Position numbers and translations under genes: made by a program
Notes under the pieces: generated by a model
What the model was told of the DNA's origin: nothing
The model's input: only the letters and a program-made list of their open reading frames with translations
The model's database searches: none
Shown here: one piece after another, positions 37,118 to 48,111 of the stretch
Layout of the letters: each line of letters starts with the position of its first letter
How positions within the stretch are numbered: position 1 is the first letter of the stretch
NCBI GenBank assembly: GCA_965204535.1
Contig: CBDBEV010000001.1
Location: 2,592,001-2,656,000, forward strand
Origin: a bacterium
GTDB lineage: Bacteria; UBA8248
Direction: 5' to 3'
DNA: 64,000 bases

Positions 37118-38621
37118 ACAACCATGCCTCGCCGAAGGGGCGACCGGCTCTCAAGAACGTTATGGCGTAATCGACATTGGCTCCAACTCGATCCGTCTGG
37201 TCGTGTTCGAGGGATTGTCGCGCGCGCCGCTCCCCATGTTCAACGAAAGAATCCTGTGCGGCCTGGGCCGCGGTCTGCACGACACCGGACGGCTCGATCC
37301 GCAGGGGGTCGAGGGGGCGCTCCTGAACATCGAGCGGTTCGGCAACCTGTTGCGCGCGATGGGGGTGGCGCGCTTCGACGCCATCGCCACCGCGGCGGTG
37401 CGCGACGCCGGGGACGGGGCCGGGTTCGCCGCAGAAGTGGAGCGGCGTTGCGGTTTCCGGGTGCGCGTCCTCTCGGGCGCCGAAGAAGCCGAAATGGCGG
37501 CGCTCGGCGTGTTGAGCGGCATACCGGGGGCGGACGGCGTCGTGGGCGATTTGGGCGGCGGCAGCCTCGAACTGGTCCATCTGGTCGATGGGGTCATCGC
37601 CGAGCAGGCCACCCTGCCTCTGGGGCCGCTCAACCTCTTCGCCGCCTCGGGCGGCCAGCGCAAGCGCGCGCGGAAGATCATCGACGAGGCTCTGGCCGAG
37701 CTATCCTGGCTCGCGAAAATGCGGGGGCGCGCCTTCTACGCCGTCGGCGGCAACTGGCGCGCACTGGCGCACGCCCACATGGCGCATTCGGGCTATCCGC
37801 TCAACATCATCCACCATTACCGGCTGCGCCGGGGAGACCTCGCGAAAATCGCCGAGCTGGTCTCCCGCCAGAGCCGCGAGTCGCTCGCGGGCATTCGGGG
37901 CGTTTCGAGCAGGCGGCTCGATTTGCTGCCGCTCGCCGCACTGGTGATGGAGCGGTTGCTGGCCGCCGCCGCGCCGCGCGACGTTGTTTTCTCCGCGGAT
38001 GGGCTGCGCGAGGGGCTCGCCTATGCGCGCCTGGGGGAGCGGCGCGGGAATGAGGATCCACTGCTCAGCGCGGTGGGCGACATCCATGCCCGCACCGCCC
38101 GTTTTACCGAGCACGCCCCGGAACTGCTAGAGTGGACGGAGGACCTTTTTCCGGAAGAAAAGGCGTCCGAGCGGCGCCTGCGCCACGCCGTCTGCCTGCT
38201 CGGCGACGTCGGCTGGCGGGTGCACCCCGACTACCGGGCCGCCCAGGCCAGCGCGGAGGTGCTGCATGCGCGCACCCTGCACGTCAATCACCAGGAGCGG
38301 GTGTTTCTCGCCCTGGCCGTCTTCAGCCGTTATACGGGCCGCCAGACCGACGGGGAGTTGCGCACCGTCGAGAGGCTGCTGGACGAGGAAACCGCCGGTC
38401 GCGCGCGAATCATGGGCTCGGCCGTTCGCCTGGGCGAAACCTTGTGCGGCGGCGCGCCCGGGGTGCTGGGGCGCTTTTCGCTCAAGCCCTCCCTGCACCG
38501 GGGCGCGCTCAAGCTCAAGTGCCGCCGCCGCGACCAGAATATGCTGGGCGAGGTCGTCGTGCGCCGCTTCGAGGCCCTGGCCGCTCTGATGGGGCTGGAA
38601 CCCGAGGTGCGCTTTGTTTGA
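37101..38621 (+). CDS. ppx: Exopolyphosphatase Ppx/GppA
   Basis: [44 protein letters not shown]; start codon uncertain. Confidence 0.95.
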   Translation: MRKTAEQPCLAEGATGSQERYGVIDIGSNSIRLVVFEGLSRAPLPMFNERILCGLGRGLHDTGRLDPQGVEGALLNIERFGNLLRAMGVARFDAIATAAVRDAGDGAGFAAEVERRCGFRVRVLSGAEEAEMAALGVLSGIPGADGVVGDLGGGSLELVHLVDGVIAEQATLPLGPLNLFAASGGQRKRARKIIDEALAELSWLAKMRGRAFYAVGGNWRALAHAHMAHSGYPLNIIHHYRLRRGDLAKIAELVSRQSRESLAGIRGVSSRRLDLLPLAALVMERLLAAAAPRDVVFSADGLREGLAYARLGERRGNEDPLLSAVGDIHARTARFTEHAPELLEWTEDLFPEEKASERRLRHAVCLLGDVGWRVHPDYRAAQASAEVLHARTLHVNHQERVFLALAVFSRYTGRQTDGELRTVERLLDEETAGRARIMGSAVRLGETLCGGAPGVLGRFSLKPSLHRGALKLKCRRRDQNMLGEVVVRRFEALAALMGLEPEVRFV

Positions 38622-38663
38622 TGAGGAAGACGCGTGATGATTAGGTAACGGATCGGGTGTTTT

Positions 38664-39647
38664 TCAGGATGGCCGGTCTGTCCGGTCTGTTGCCGCACCC
38701 TGGATGATCCCTAACTCCCGCAAGGCCCGCACCGCTCGAAGGACGGTCGTATCCCTTTCCTCGATGAGTTCTTCTCGCGACCGCCCTCCGTAGTCGCGCC
38801 ACCCCTTTCCGGTGGTGAGCCCCAGTTCGCCTCGCTCGATCTGCTTCAACAACAACGCGGAGGGCTTGAACTTGGGGTCGCCCTCGGCTTTGTAGAGGTT
38901 CTCGAAAACGTTCAGCGTGATGTCGGCGTCGTGGAGGAGGTCGTTCCATTCGAACGGCCCCTTGCAGGCCAGACGGATTCCGAAGCCGTGCCGGACGGCC
39001 TCGTCCACGTCCCCGGGCGTGGTGAGTCCGCGCTCCACCAGGCTGACGGCCTCGTTCAGCATGGCGTACTGGAGGCGGTTCACGATATAGCCTACGACGT
39101 CCCGGCAGGTGACGGGCGACTTGCCGATCTTCTTCAAAAACGCGAAGAGCGTGGCATGGACCTCCTCGCTCGTGGCGGGGCCGAGAACCACTTCCACGAG
39201 CGGGAGAATATGCGGGGGGTTCGCCCAGTGGGCGCCGAGCACGCGGCCGGGGTCGGAAACGGCATCGGCGATATCCGCCACGCGGAGCGATGAGGTGGTC
39301 GTGGCGAGCACGGCTTCGGGCGGTGCGTGCTCGTCCAGTTCCCGGAAGACGCCTTGTTTGACGCCCAGGTCTTCATATACCGCCTCGAAGACGAAGTCGG
39401 CCTGCGCCGCCGCTTCTTTCACACTCGCGACGAGAGATACGCGCCCGGCGAGCGGGGAGGGAATCTCCTCGGGCGCGAGGCCGTATTCGCGCAGGATGCG
39501 CAGGTCGCCCTCCATCCACTCCAGGGCGGATTCGAGCCGGGCCGGGTCCTTGTCCGTCAGGGCCACGCTCGCGCCGGTGATCGCGCAATGAAGCGCAATG
39601 CCGTGGCCCATCATGCCGGCCCCCACCACCGCTACCCGGGAATCCAC
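38664..39647 (-). CDS. 3-hydroxyacyl-CoA dehydrogenase family protein
   Basis: VVGAGMMGHGIA, EAVYEDL..K, AHWANPP...PLVE, GYIVNRLQ, GPFE..D; AAGGAGG RBS before GTG 39647. Confidence 0.92.
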   Translation of the reverse strand: MDSRVAVVGAGMMGHGIALHCAITGASVALTDKDPARLESALEWMEGDLRILREYGLAPEEIPSPLAGRVSLVASVKEAAAQADFVFEAVYEDLGVKQGVFRELDEHAPPEAVLATTTSSLRVADIADAVSDPGRVLGAHWANPPHILPLVEVVLGPATSEEVHATLFAFLKKIGKSPVTCRDVVGYIVNRLQYAMLNEAVSLVERGLTTPGDVDEAVRHGFGIRLACKGPFEWNDLLHDADITLNVFENLYKAEGDPKFKPSALLLKQIERGELGLTTGKGWRDYGGRSREELIEERDTTVLRAVRALRELGIIQGAATDRTDRPS

Positions 39648-40037
39648 GAAGCGCCTCCTTTCGCCGGTTGTTCGTCGAGTCCGAAAGCCTAGCACCCCCA
39701 TGCCTGAGTGAAAACATGGGAGAGGTGTTAGAAGCTCACCCGAACAATGGGCCACTAAAGCGATGGCATCGGATTTGGCCGCGCGCTTGCGCGGGGAACT
39801 TCCCGTATCTTACTATGGGTTCATACATTCAACGTCATATTTGGTCCATCATTCTTTCCTCGTTGCAGCTTTGCTCGTTGTGGAGGGCTACCGATGGGCA
39901 CGGAATGCGCGTTGTTTTCATCTGCAATACGCCGTCTTCGCTTCCCTCGACCCCATTTCGCAGCGTTTCCTCCGGTCGAGCGGCGTCAAAATCCGCTTGC
40001 CGGTCGTTCTTTCCATCCCCAAAAGGAGGTACGGATC

Positions 40038-41039
40038 ATGCGTAACAGACTCCGGCGTCTCCTCCACGTACGTGGAGCCGCCCTGACAGGCCTGGTGACC
40101 ATGTCCCTCGCAAGCGTCCTTTTGAGTTCCGCGCCCGTAGAAGCCGCCAAGGTGTATCTCAACTTCGCGGGCAGCCGCCCCGGCGGCGGCTGGTTCTACA
40201 TGGCGGGCGGCCTCTCGCCCATCCTGACCCGCGGGATTAAAAATCTCAACGTGGTGGCGGAATCCACCCAGGGAGACGTGGAGAACGTACGCCGCATGGC
40301 CACGGGGGATCTGGACATGGCCATCGTCCACGCGCCGACCATGGCGGAGGCGTATCTCGGCGTGAGATCCTTCAAGGGAAAGAAACCGGCCAAGGACATC
40401 CGCGTGCTCATGAAATTCTACGACAGCCCCTTCGGGGTGCTCACGCTCCAGAAATCGGGCATCAAGACTTTTGATGATCTGAAGGGCAAGACCATCGCCG
40501 GCGGCCCGGCCGGCAGCGGGAGCATCAAGAACTTCAAGATGGCCTTACAGGCCTTCGGTCTGCTGGACACGGTGAAGATCAAGTATCTGACCTACGCCGA
40601 TGAGACCAACGCCATGATCGACGGCACGCTCGACGCCGCGGCCCAGAACGGGTTGCACTCGGCCTGGACCCTCTCGCTGGATGCGCAGCGGCCCCTCCGA
40701 CTCGTGCGCATGAGCGAGGCGCAGCGCAAGTTGTTCATCAAGACGTATGCGGGGTTCTGGCCCGGCACCTACGATCCGACGAAGGTGTTCAAGACCATCA
40801 AGGAGCCTTACCCCACGATCTGGAACACAGTCTTCTGGGTGGCGAACAAGCGCGTACCGGAGAAGATCGCCTACGACATCGTCAAGACGGTCTTCACCCC
40901 CAAGGTCAAGAAGGTGCTGCCCAAGATCCACAGGCTGATGCGCGGGATAGACGCCGGGGTGGAGGAGGCGAAAAAGTCCGGGTTGCCGATGCATCCGGGA
41001 GCGGCCCGGTATTGGCGTGAGAAGGGAATGAAGAAGTAA
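40038..41039 (+). CDS. TAXI-family TRAP transporter substrate-binding protein
   Basis: Signal peptide, GGGWFY, STQGDVENV, DLKGK...GPAGSGS, PMHPGAARYWRE; AGGAGG RBS. Confidence 0.92.
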   Translation: MRNRLRRLLHVRGAALTGLVTMSLASVLLSSAPVEAAKVYLNFAGSRPGGGWFYMAGGLSPILTRGIKNLNVVAESTQGDVENVRRMATGDLDMAIVHAPTMAEAYLGVRSFKGKKPAKDIRVLMKFYDSPFGVLTLQKSGIKTFDDLKGKTIAGGPAGSGSIKNFKMALQAFGLLDTVKIKYLTYADETNAMIDGTLDAAAQNGLHSAWTLSLDAQRPLRLVRMSEAQRKLFIKTYAGFWPGTYDPTKVFKTIKEPYPTIWNTVFWVANKRVPEKIAYDIVKTVFTPKVKKVLPKIHRLMRGIDAGVEEAKKSGLPMHPGAARYWREKGMKK

Positions 41040-41126
41040 ACCGCAAAGCCGGGAGCTTGGTCCGGGTCCTGCGGCCTTATCCTTTCGCCGCAGGACCCGG
41101 CCTCCCCCTCGCCGAGGAGTGATTCG

Positions 41127-43001
41127 ATGGCTCGTCAACCAGGGCTGCCCCAGACGAGGCGGCTCGATGGAGCGATGCGTTACGTTATGGTGGCCGTCGC
41201 CGTCGTGTTCTCCCTTTTCTACATCTATACGGGAACTTTCGGGATTTTCTCGACGCACAGCCACCGGGGGTTCTACCTGATCTTCACCGGCATCCTCCTC
41301 TTCCTCCTCTACCCGGCGGGCGCCTCCTCTCCCCAGACCCGGCCCAGCGCCGTCGACTGGTTCCTTATCGCGCTCACGGTCTTCGCCGCCTATTACTGGA
41401 TCTGGGACACGCCCTACCGCGCGGAGCGCATGGGCGAGCCCACGGCGATGGACATGGTCATCGGCGGCATGCTGATCGTCGTCTCCCTCGAGATGGGCAG
41501 AAGGGTGCTGGGAAACGTGCTGCCGGTCCTGGCGCTGATCTTCATCGTGTACGCCTACGTGGGGCCCTGGCTTCCGGACACCGTCTTCGCCCACAAGGGA
41601 TTCTCCGCCCAGCGCATACTGGAGTTCATGGCTTCGGAGGTGGCGGTGTTCGGCGTCGTGATCAACGCATATGCGTCCTATGTATTCTTGTTCATCGCCT
41701 TCGCCGCCTTCCTCGAAGCGGCGGGCGGCGGAGAGTTCCTGGTTCAGTTCGCCAATGCCCTGGCCGGCAGAAGCCGGGGCGGGCCGGCCAAGGTGGCGGT
41801 CATCTCCAGCGGGTTCGTGGGTTCCATGATGGGCAGCGGCGTCGCCAACGTGGTGGCCACGGGGTCGTTCACCATCCCGCTGATGAAGCGCACGGGCTAC
41901 CGGCCCCACATCGCCGGCGCGGTGGAGGCGGCCGCCTCCACGGGGGGGCAGTTCATGCCGCCGATCATGGGAGCGGCGGCGTTCATTATCGCCGCCATCA
42001 CGGAGATTCCCTATGTGAACGTCATCGCGGTCGCCACAGTCCCCGCCGTGGTTTATTTCCTGTCGGTCCTTTTCTTCGTTCATATCGAGGCGGCCAAGGA
42101 GGGCATCCGCCTGGTTCCGGCGGACGAGGTGCCCTCACTCAAGAGCGTTCTCAAGAGCGGGGGCCACCTCCTCCTGCCCGCCTTCCTCATGGTGTTCGTG
42201 CTCATCCAGGGGCACTCTCCCAACCTGGCCGCCGTGGTGGCCATCTATTCCATCGTCGTGGTGAGTTTCCTTCGTCGCGAGACGCGCCTGACGCCCCAGC
42301 GTCTTCTGGACGCCCTTGTGCTGGGAGCGCGGAATTCACTGGTGGTGGGCGCCACGGCGGGCGTGGTGGGCCTGATGATCGGGGCCATCATGCTGACCGG
42401 GCTGGGGATCAAGTTCAGCGATTTCATCATCAACGCCACGGGCGGCTACCTGTTCCTCACCCTCACGCTCGTGGGCGTCGTCTGCTATATCTTGGGGATG
42501 GGCATGACGGTGGTGGCCGCCTACGTCGTGGTCTCCGTCATCGCCGTGCCCGCACTGCAGCAACTCGGCGTTCCGCTTCTGGCCTCCCACCTCGTCGTCT
42601 TCTGGTTCATCCTCACCTCGGGCGTCACCCCGCCCGTGGCGCTGGCCGCCTTCGCGGCGTCGGGCATCGCGCAATCGGACGTGAACCAGACGGCGTACGC
42701 GGCGCTGCGCATGTCGCTCGCGCTCCTCATCACGCCATTCCTTTTCGCCTACACGAACCTCCTGGAGGTGGGCAACTTTTGGCCCATGCTGCTGACGGCC
42801 GTCAGCGTCACGCTCGGTTTTCTGGCCATGGTCGGCGCCTTGCAGGGGTATCTGCTGGCGTCTGTCTCCACGGGACTCCGCGCCCTGCTGGGAGTGTCCG
42901 CCGTACTCCTCTTCATGCCTTCGCTGCTTCTGCGCGCGCTGGGATTCCTGGGTCTGGCGGGCGTACTGGTTTCCCAGAAATGGGCCGGAAGCCAGGATTG
43001 A
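41127..43001 (+). CDS. TRAP transporter fused 4TM/12TM permease
   Basis: RGGPAKVAVISS, GSGVANVVATG.FTIPLMK, EAAASTGGQFMPPIMGAAAF, TPPVALAAF. Confidence 0.95.
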   Translation: MARQPGLPQTRRLDGAMRYVMVAVAVVFSLFYIYTGTFGIFSTHSHRGFYLIFTGILLFLLYPAGASSPQTRPSAVDWFLIALTVFAAYYWIWDTPYRAERMGEPTAMDMVIGGMLIVVSLEMGRRVLGNVLPVLALIFIVYAYVGPWLPDTVFAHKGFSAQRILEFMASEVAVFGVVINAYASYVFLFIAFAAFLEAAGGGEFLVQFANALAGRSRGGPAKVAVISSGFVGSMMGSGVANVVATGSFTIPLMKRTGYRPHIAGAVEAAASTGGQFMPPIMGAAAFIIAAITEIPYVNVIAVATVPAVVYFLSVLFFVHIEAAKEGIRLVPADEVPSLKSVLKSGGHLLLPAFLMVFVLIQGHSPNLAAVVAIYSIVVVSFLRRETRLTPQRLLDALVLGARNSLVVGATAGVVGLMIGAIMLTGLGIKFSDFIINATGGYLFLTLTLVGVVCYILGMGMTVVAAYVVVSVIAVPALQQLGVPLLASHLVVFWFILTSGVTPPVALAAFAASGIAQSDVNQTAYAALRMSLALLITPFLFAYTNLLEVGNFWPMLLTAVSVTLGFLAMVGALQGYLLASVSTGLRALLGVSAVLLFMPSLLLRALGFLGLAGVLVSQKWAGSQD

Positions 43002-43173
43002 GACGAAAAATCCTTGCGGTAAGTGAGGTATTGCGCCCCCGATTGCATTTCATTTCCGCTCGGCTAAAATAGCCGGTTACCGATAGTTCGACAGATCAGC
43101 GCTCCGGCGCGGAAATCCCCGCTTACGAAGCCGCAGAACCCGGCGGCGGAAACGTCAAGAAGGAGAGCAAGAC

Positions 43174-44127
43174 ATGGTGGAACGCAGAAGTTATTCGGGA
43201 ATCTTGCCCGCGATGCAGGTTCCCATGCTGGACAACATGGATATCGATGAGGCCGAACTTCGCCGCTTCTCCGGGTGGCTGGCCGGATTCGAGGGAGTGA
43301 ACGGACTCGTGACCAACGGCCACACGGGCGAGGTATTCTCACTCACGGCGCGCGAGCGCGCCGAAGTGACGCGGATCGTCGTCGACGCCGTCGGCGGGAG
43401 CGTGCCGGTCATCTCGGGTCTCGCGTGCGAGGGCATCCGCGACGGCGTCGAGCACGCCGAGATGGCCAGGGAAGCCGGTGCCGACGGGCTGCTCGTGATG
43501 CCGTTTCACCACTGGCTGCGCTTCGGGCACCGTCCGCAGCACGTCATCGACTACTTCACGGCAGTCGGCGAGGCGTCCGGCCTGAACCTGGTGGTGCACG
43601 TCTATCCCGCGTGGACGAAGGCGAGCTACAGTTCCGAGCTTCTGGGCGAACTCGGCCGGATTCCCTGGGTGACCTGCTTCAAGGTCGGCACGCGCGAGAT
43701 GTCGCAATACGCTCGTGACATCGCCTCCATCCGTGAGAACGCGCCCGACACGACGATCCTCACCTGTCACGACGAATATCTCCTCGCCTCGATGGTGCAG
43801 GGCGTGGACGGCGCGCTCGTCGGGTTCGCCTCGTTCATCCCCGACCTCATCGTGGCGCTCTACGAGGCCGTCAAGGCGGGCGACCTGCGCCGCGCGCAGG
43901 AGATACAGGCGCGGATTCTGCCGCTCAAGGAAGTCGTCTATTCGAGCGGCGAGCCCTCAGGGGAGGCCCACGCGCGCATGAAGACGGCGATGGTGCTCGC
44001 CGGGCGCTTCAAGTCGGCGGTCGTGCGCCCCCCGAGCGAGGTTGCCAAGGGACGCACGTTCGAGGCGATCAAAAGCGCCGTGGAGGAATCGGGCCTGCTG
44101 GAACTCGAAGGCGCGACAACCGGATAG
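43174..44127 (+). CDS. Dihydrodipicolinate synthase (DapA/NAL) family aldolase or dehydratase
   Basis: VTNGHTGE, GADGLLVMP, Schiff-base Lys in CFKVG, VRPP. Confidence 0.88.
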   Translation: MVERRSYSGILPAMQVPMLDNMDIDEAELRRFSGWLAGFEGVNGLVTNGHTGEVFSLTARERAEVTRIVVDAVGGSVPVISGLACEGIRDGVEHAEMAREAGADGLLVMPFHHWLRFGHRPQHVIDYFTAVGEASGLNLVVHVYPAWTKASYSSELLGELGRIPWVTCFKVGTREMSQYARDIASIRENAPDTTILTCHDEYLLASMVQGVDGALVGFASFIPDLIVALYEAVKAGDLRRAQEIQARILPLKEVVYSSGEPSGEAHARMKTAMVLAGRFKSAVVRPPSEVAKGRTFEAIKSAVEESGLLELEGATTG

Positions 44128-44169
44128 ACATTCATCTCTCAAGGAGAAACCAACGAGGGGAGGGAACCC

Positions 44170-45183
44170 ATGCTCAAGAATAGAATGCGCTTCAAGGGTC
44201 TGACGCTCGGCCTTTTGCTGGCCGCCCTGATAACGGGCGCAGGCCCTGCGGCATACGCCGCCGATTCGTTCAGCATCGGCGCGATGCGGCCCGGCTCTGC
44301 CTGGTACGTCTTCGGCGCCACGCTGGCGCAACTGCTCAAGCCCAGCCTGCCCAAGGGCAGCAACCCCGAGGTCATCGCGCGCGGCGGCGGCGTGAGCAAT
44401 CCCGCCGCCGTGGACAAGAAAAAGGCGACCATCGCGCTCTCGAACGTGGCCTCCGCGCTTTGGGCCTACAACGGACTCAAGGGCGTCTACAAGCAGAAGC
44501 ACGAGGGCATTCGCGCGCTCATCGGCGGGCTGAACAAGGTGCGCGTCACCGCCATGGTGACCGAGAGCTACATCAAGCGCACGGGCAACGACACGCTCGA
44601 GAAGGCGCTGCTCTCCAAGCCGCCCGCGCGCATCGTCATGAAGCCGGCGGGCAGCACCGTCCCCGTCGTCGCCGACATGCTGATGGACGCGCTTGGCACC
44701 AGCCGCAAGGACATGAAGGCGCGAGGGGGCAAGATCATCCAGGTGGCCGCGAACCAGATTCCGGCGATCATCAAGGACGGCCGCGCGGACCTCTACTTCG
44801 AGGTCGCCATCCCCAGGCACCCGACGGTGACGGAAGTCACGACCACCAACGCGATGCGCTTCCTGAGCTTTCCGCCCAAGGCGCTCAAGGCCCTCGCCGC
44901 CCATGGCTTGAGGACGGCGGCCGTGCCGGGCAAGTGGTTCAAGGGCATCAAGGGCAAGGTGCTGGCGGTCGACCTCGGCACCGTGCTCATCGCGCACAAG
45001 GACATGCCGGATTCGCTCGCCTACACCATCACGAAGACGCTGGCCGAGAACAAGAAGGCCATGGGCAAGGCCCACGCGGCCTGGAGATTCTTCAAGCCCG
45101 AGAACGGCGGCAAACCGGCCAGCGTCGGGGTGCCGCTGCATCCGGGCGCGGCGAAGTATTTCAAGGAAAAAGGCTGGCTGTAG
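44170..45183 (+). CDS. TAXI-family TRAP transporter substrate-binding protein
   Basis: Signal peptide, PGSAWY, GGGVSN, VPLHPGAAKYFKEKG. Confidence 0.92.
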   Translation: MLKNRMRFKGLTLGLLLAALITGAGPAAYAADSFSIGAMRPGSAWYVFGATLAQLLKPSLPKGSNPEVIARGGGVSNPAAVDKKKATIALSNVASALWAYNGLKGVYKQKHEGIRALIGGLNKVRVTAMVTESYIKRTGNDTLEKALLSKPPARIVMKPAGSTVPVVADMLMDALGTSRKDMKARGGKIIQVAANQIPAIIKDGRADLYFEVAIPRHPTVTEVTTTNAMRFLSFPPKALKALAAHGLRTAAVPGKWFKGIKGKVLAVDLGTVLIAHKDMPDSLAYTITKTLAENKKAMGKAHAAWRFFKPENGGKPASVGVPLHPGAAKYFKEKGWL

Positions 45184-45257
45184 ACCGACCACGACGGGGC
45201 GGAGGACAGAGAGTTTCGTCTTCCGCCCCGTTTTCTCGCATCGGGGTTTCATGAGCC

Positions 45258-47111
45258 ATGCGCATGGTCACGCTCGCTATCGGCGCCCTCTGGCTGGCGT
45301 TCCAGATGTGGATCGTCTTCTACCCCCAGGCCCCGCTGGTCGAGCGGCCCCTCCACCTGCTTCTGGCGCTGGCGCTCGTCCTGCTCTTTCATCCGCTGCG
45401 TAAAAGGGGCGCTCCGCTGCGGCGCGCCCGCCTGACGGACGCTTTGCTGCTGGCGGGAACGCTGGCCGTCTTTGCGTATTACGCTCTCGCCTCGACACGT
45501 CTCACCGAACGCATGGAGACCATCGACCCGGTGCTCGCCGTCGACGTGGCGGCCTTCGCGCTCATCATGATCCTGTTGTTCGAGGGCGTGCGCCGCACGG
45601 TGGGCTGGCCGCTCCTGGGCGTTCTGCTCGTTTTTTTCGCCTATGCGTTCATCGGCAAGATGCTGCCCGGCGCATTCGGCTTCCGGGGCTTCACGATCGA
45701 CGAAGTGGTCGAGATCATGACCATGACGACCAACGGCGTGCTGGGCATCACGACGGCGACCTCGCTTCAGTTCGTTTTCTACTTCGTGCTCTTCGGCGCG
45801 GTCTACTCAGGGATAGGCGGCGGGCAGTTGTTCATCGACCTGTCGCTCAGGGTGGCAGGCCGCTTCGCCGGAGGGGCGGCGAAGGCCGCCGTCGTGAGTT
45901 CGAGCCTGATGGGTTCGATCAGCGGAAGTGCGGTGGCGAACGTGGCGACGACGGGCGTCTTCACCATCCCGCTGATGCGGAAGACCGGCTACGGCCCGGC
46001 GCACGCGGGCGCCGTGGAGGCCATCGCTTCCACAGGCGGGCAACTCATGCCGCCCATCATGGGCATCGCCGCGTTCGTGATGGCGGAGTTGCTGCAGATA
46101 TCCTACGCGCGCATCGCCGCGGCCGGGCTCATCCCCGCGCTCGCGTTCTACGCCGCGATTTTCATCTTCATCGACCTGCGCGCGCGGGCCGAGGGCGCGC
46201 TCGCGCTCGGTGCGGGCGAACTGACGCCCGAAGACCCCATCGCGGGAAGGCTGTATCTGCTCCTGCCGCCGCTGGTGCTGATCGCCATGCTGGTAGCGGG
46301 CTTTTCGGCCACATACGCCGCCGTCATCGGCACGGCGTCTTGCGCCGTGGTCGCCTATTTTCGCCGCCGTAGCTGGCTGAGCATCTCCGATTGGTGCGAA
46401 GTGGTGCGCAGCGGCGCGCGCCAGGCCGCGGAAATCGCCGTGCCCATCGCCGCCATCGGGATCATCATCGCCGTCGCCATCCAGTCGAACCTGGCGCTCA
46501 AGTTCTCCTCGGGCCTCATCGGCGCATCGGGCGGCAAGCTGTTTTTCGCCATGTTCCTGATCATCATCGGGTGCCTCATCATGGGGATGGGACTGCCGAC
46601 GGTCGCCGCCTACATCATCGGGGCGATCCTTTTCGCGCCGGCGTTAAAGGACTTGGGCATCGCCGAGTTGCCCGCGCATTTCTTCGTCATGTACTACTGC
46701 GTGCTCTCGATGGTGACGCCGCCGGTGGCGCTGGCGTCGTTTACAGCGGCAGGAATCTCCGGCGCAGGCTCGATGGAGACGAGCCTCATCGCCTTTCGCC
46801 TGAGCCTCGTTTCGTTCCTGATACCCTTCGCCTTCGCGTTCGACCCGAGGCTGCTGGGGCAGGGCGATTTGGGGTGGGTCGCCCTGGCGTGCGTTTCGCT
46901 GTTCTGCGCGACGAGCGCCTGGGCGGTCGCGCTGAGCGGATACCTCAAAGGTCCCCTGCGCCTGCTCGAACGCGCGCTCTACGGGGCCGTCGCCGTGGCC
47001 GTCATTCTGTTCCCCACCGGCGGGGCCGCCTGGGCGCTCGCGTTTGCGGGGCTGCTCGCTCTGGCGGCGTGGGGGCTGTGGCTCGGCCCGCGCTTGCGCG
47101 CCGCAGGATGA
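45258..47111 (+). CDS. TRAP transporter fused 4TM/12TM permease
   Basis: GGAAKAAVVSS, SGSAVANVATTG.FTIP, EAIASTGGQLMPPIMG, GMGLPT, VTPPVALA. Confidence 0.95.
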   Translation: MRMVTLAIGALWLAFQMWIVFYPQAPLVERPLHLLLALALVLLFHPLRKRGAPLRRARLTDALLLAGTLAVFAYYALASTRLTERMETIDPVLAVDVAAFALIMILLFEGVRRTVGWPLLGVLLVFFAYAFIGKMLPGAFGFRGFTIDEVVEIMTMTTNGVLGITTATSLQFVFYFVLFGAVYSGIGGGQLFIDLSLRVAGRFAGGAAKAAVVSSSLMGSISGSAVANVATTGVFTIPLMRKTGYGPAHAGAVEAIASTGGQLMPPIMGIAAFVMAELLQISYARIAAAGLIPALAFYAAIFIFIDLRARAEGALALGAGELTPEDPIAGRLYLLLPPLVLIAMLVAGFSATYAAVIGTASCAVVAYFRRRSWLSISDWCEVVRSGARQAAEIAVPIAAIGIIIAVAIQSNLALKFSSGLIGASGGKLFFAMFLIIIGCLIMGMGLPTVAAYIIGAILFAPALKDLGIAELPAHFFVMYYCVLSMVTPPVALASFTAAGISGAGSMETSLIAFRLSLVSFLIPFAFAFDPRLLGQGDLGWVALACVSLFCATSAWAVALSGYLKGPLRLLERALYGAVAVAVILFPTGGAAWALAFAGLLALAAWGLWLGPRLRAAG

Positions 47112-47203
47112 GGGAAATCCATGGACAGCGAAGCCCTTAATGGAGAATCGACAAGATGAGTTGGCGTCTGTTTCATCACAAAGTGCGTTGTGACGAGCCA
47201 TTC

Positions 47204-47983
47204 ATGACGATGCGGGTTTGCTTCGCATCGGTTTGCTTTCTGCTGGCGGTCTCCGGTGTTTCGCTGAGCACGCAAGCCTGGGGGGCCGATGCGGCTCCAA
47301 TGGTCGTGCGCGCCGGATCCCCGAATCCTCCCGCAGTATCCGAGGCCGCCCTGCTGGCCGACCGGATCCTGGCGAGAGAGAGCGACGCATTGCTCCTCGA
47401 TGAGAAGCGTCGGCGCGAGCTCGCCCGTGAAATCGAGGGTGTACTCAAGCGGCTGAGATACGCACACCCCGAAATGGCAAAAATATCCGCCCGTGCCGCC
47501 CATCAGCCCGGCGTGCTTCTCCTGGGCGTAAAGCCTGGGTTGTTCCGGGCGGTCGCAGACCTCCTGGAAGACAAGAACGGACCCGTGGCGCTGCGCACCG
47601 GCAATGCGGCGTTCGACGCCTTGAACGCGAAGCTCGGGTTACAGGCCGTGCGGCCATACCGCCACACCGGCGTCCTCGTCATGCACGTGAGCGAGCGCGC
47701 AAACCTCGGGGCGGCGCGGCGGGCGTACATGAAGATAGCGGGAGTCGAATACGCGGAGCCCGATGCGTACCTGGGCGACGGCTCCGACATCGAGGCGGCG
47801 AAAACGGGCGGCGTCTGGCATATCGTCGTCCGCAAGGCATGGGGGGACTGCCCCTCCGGCTGTATGTACAAAAAGCTGTTTTTCTTCACCGTGAAGGAGG
47901 GGCAAGTCGAGCGGGTCGAACCGCCGCGCGCGGTGGATACCCTCGCGTTCCGGAAACTCCTCTGGATAAGAAGGTGGCGTTGA
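47204..47983 (+). CDS. Hypothetical secreted protein with C-terminal WGDCPSGC motif
   Basis: Signal-peptide-like N-terminus ending AWG-A; GDGSDI and WGDCPSGC; start uncertain (47156/47204/47210). Confidence 0.6.
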   Translation: MTMRVCFASVCFLLAVSGVSLSTQAWGADAAPMVVRAGSPNPPAVSEAALLADRILARESDALLLDEKRRRELAREIEGVLKRLRYAHPEMAKISARAAHQPGVLLLGVKPGLFRAVADLLEDKNGPVALRTGNAAFDALNAKLGLQAVRPYRHTGVLVMHVSERANLGAARRAYMKIAGVEYAEPDAYLGDGSDIEAAKTGGVWHIVVRKAWGDCPSGCMYKKLFFFTVKEGQVERVEPPRAVDTLAFRKLLWIRRWR

Positions 47984-48111
47984 CGCCGGATGCCTGAGGT
48001 GAGAGGCTCACACCCGCTTCCAAGTGAAAAATAAAGATTGATCGGGAAGAACAGGGGTAGCAGGGTCATTATCCACCAGTCGAGAGACGTACCCGAGGAG
48101 GAACCTGAACA

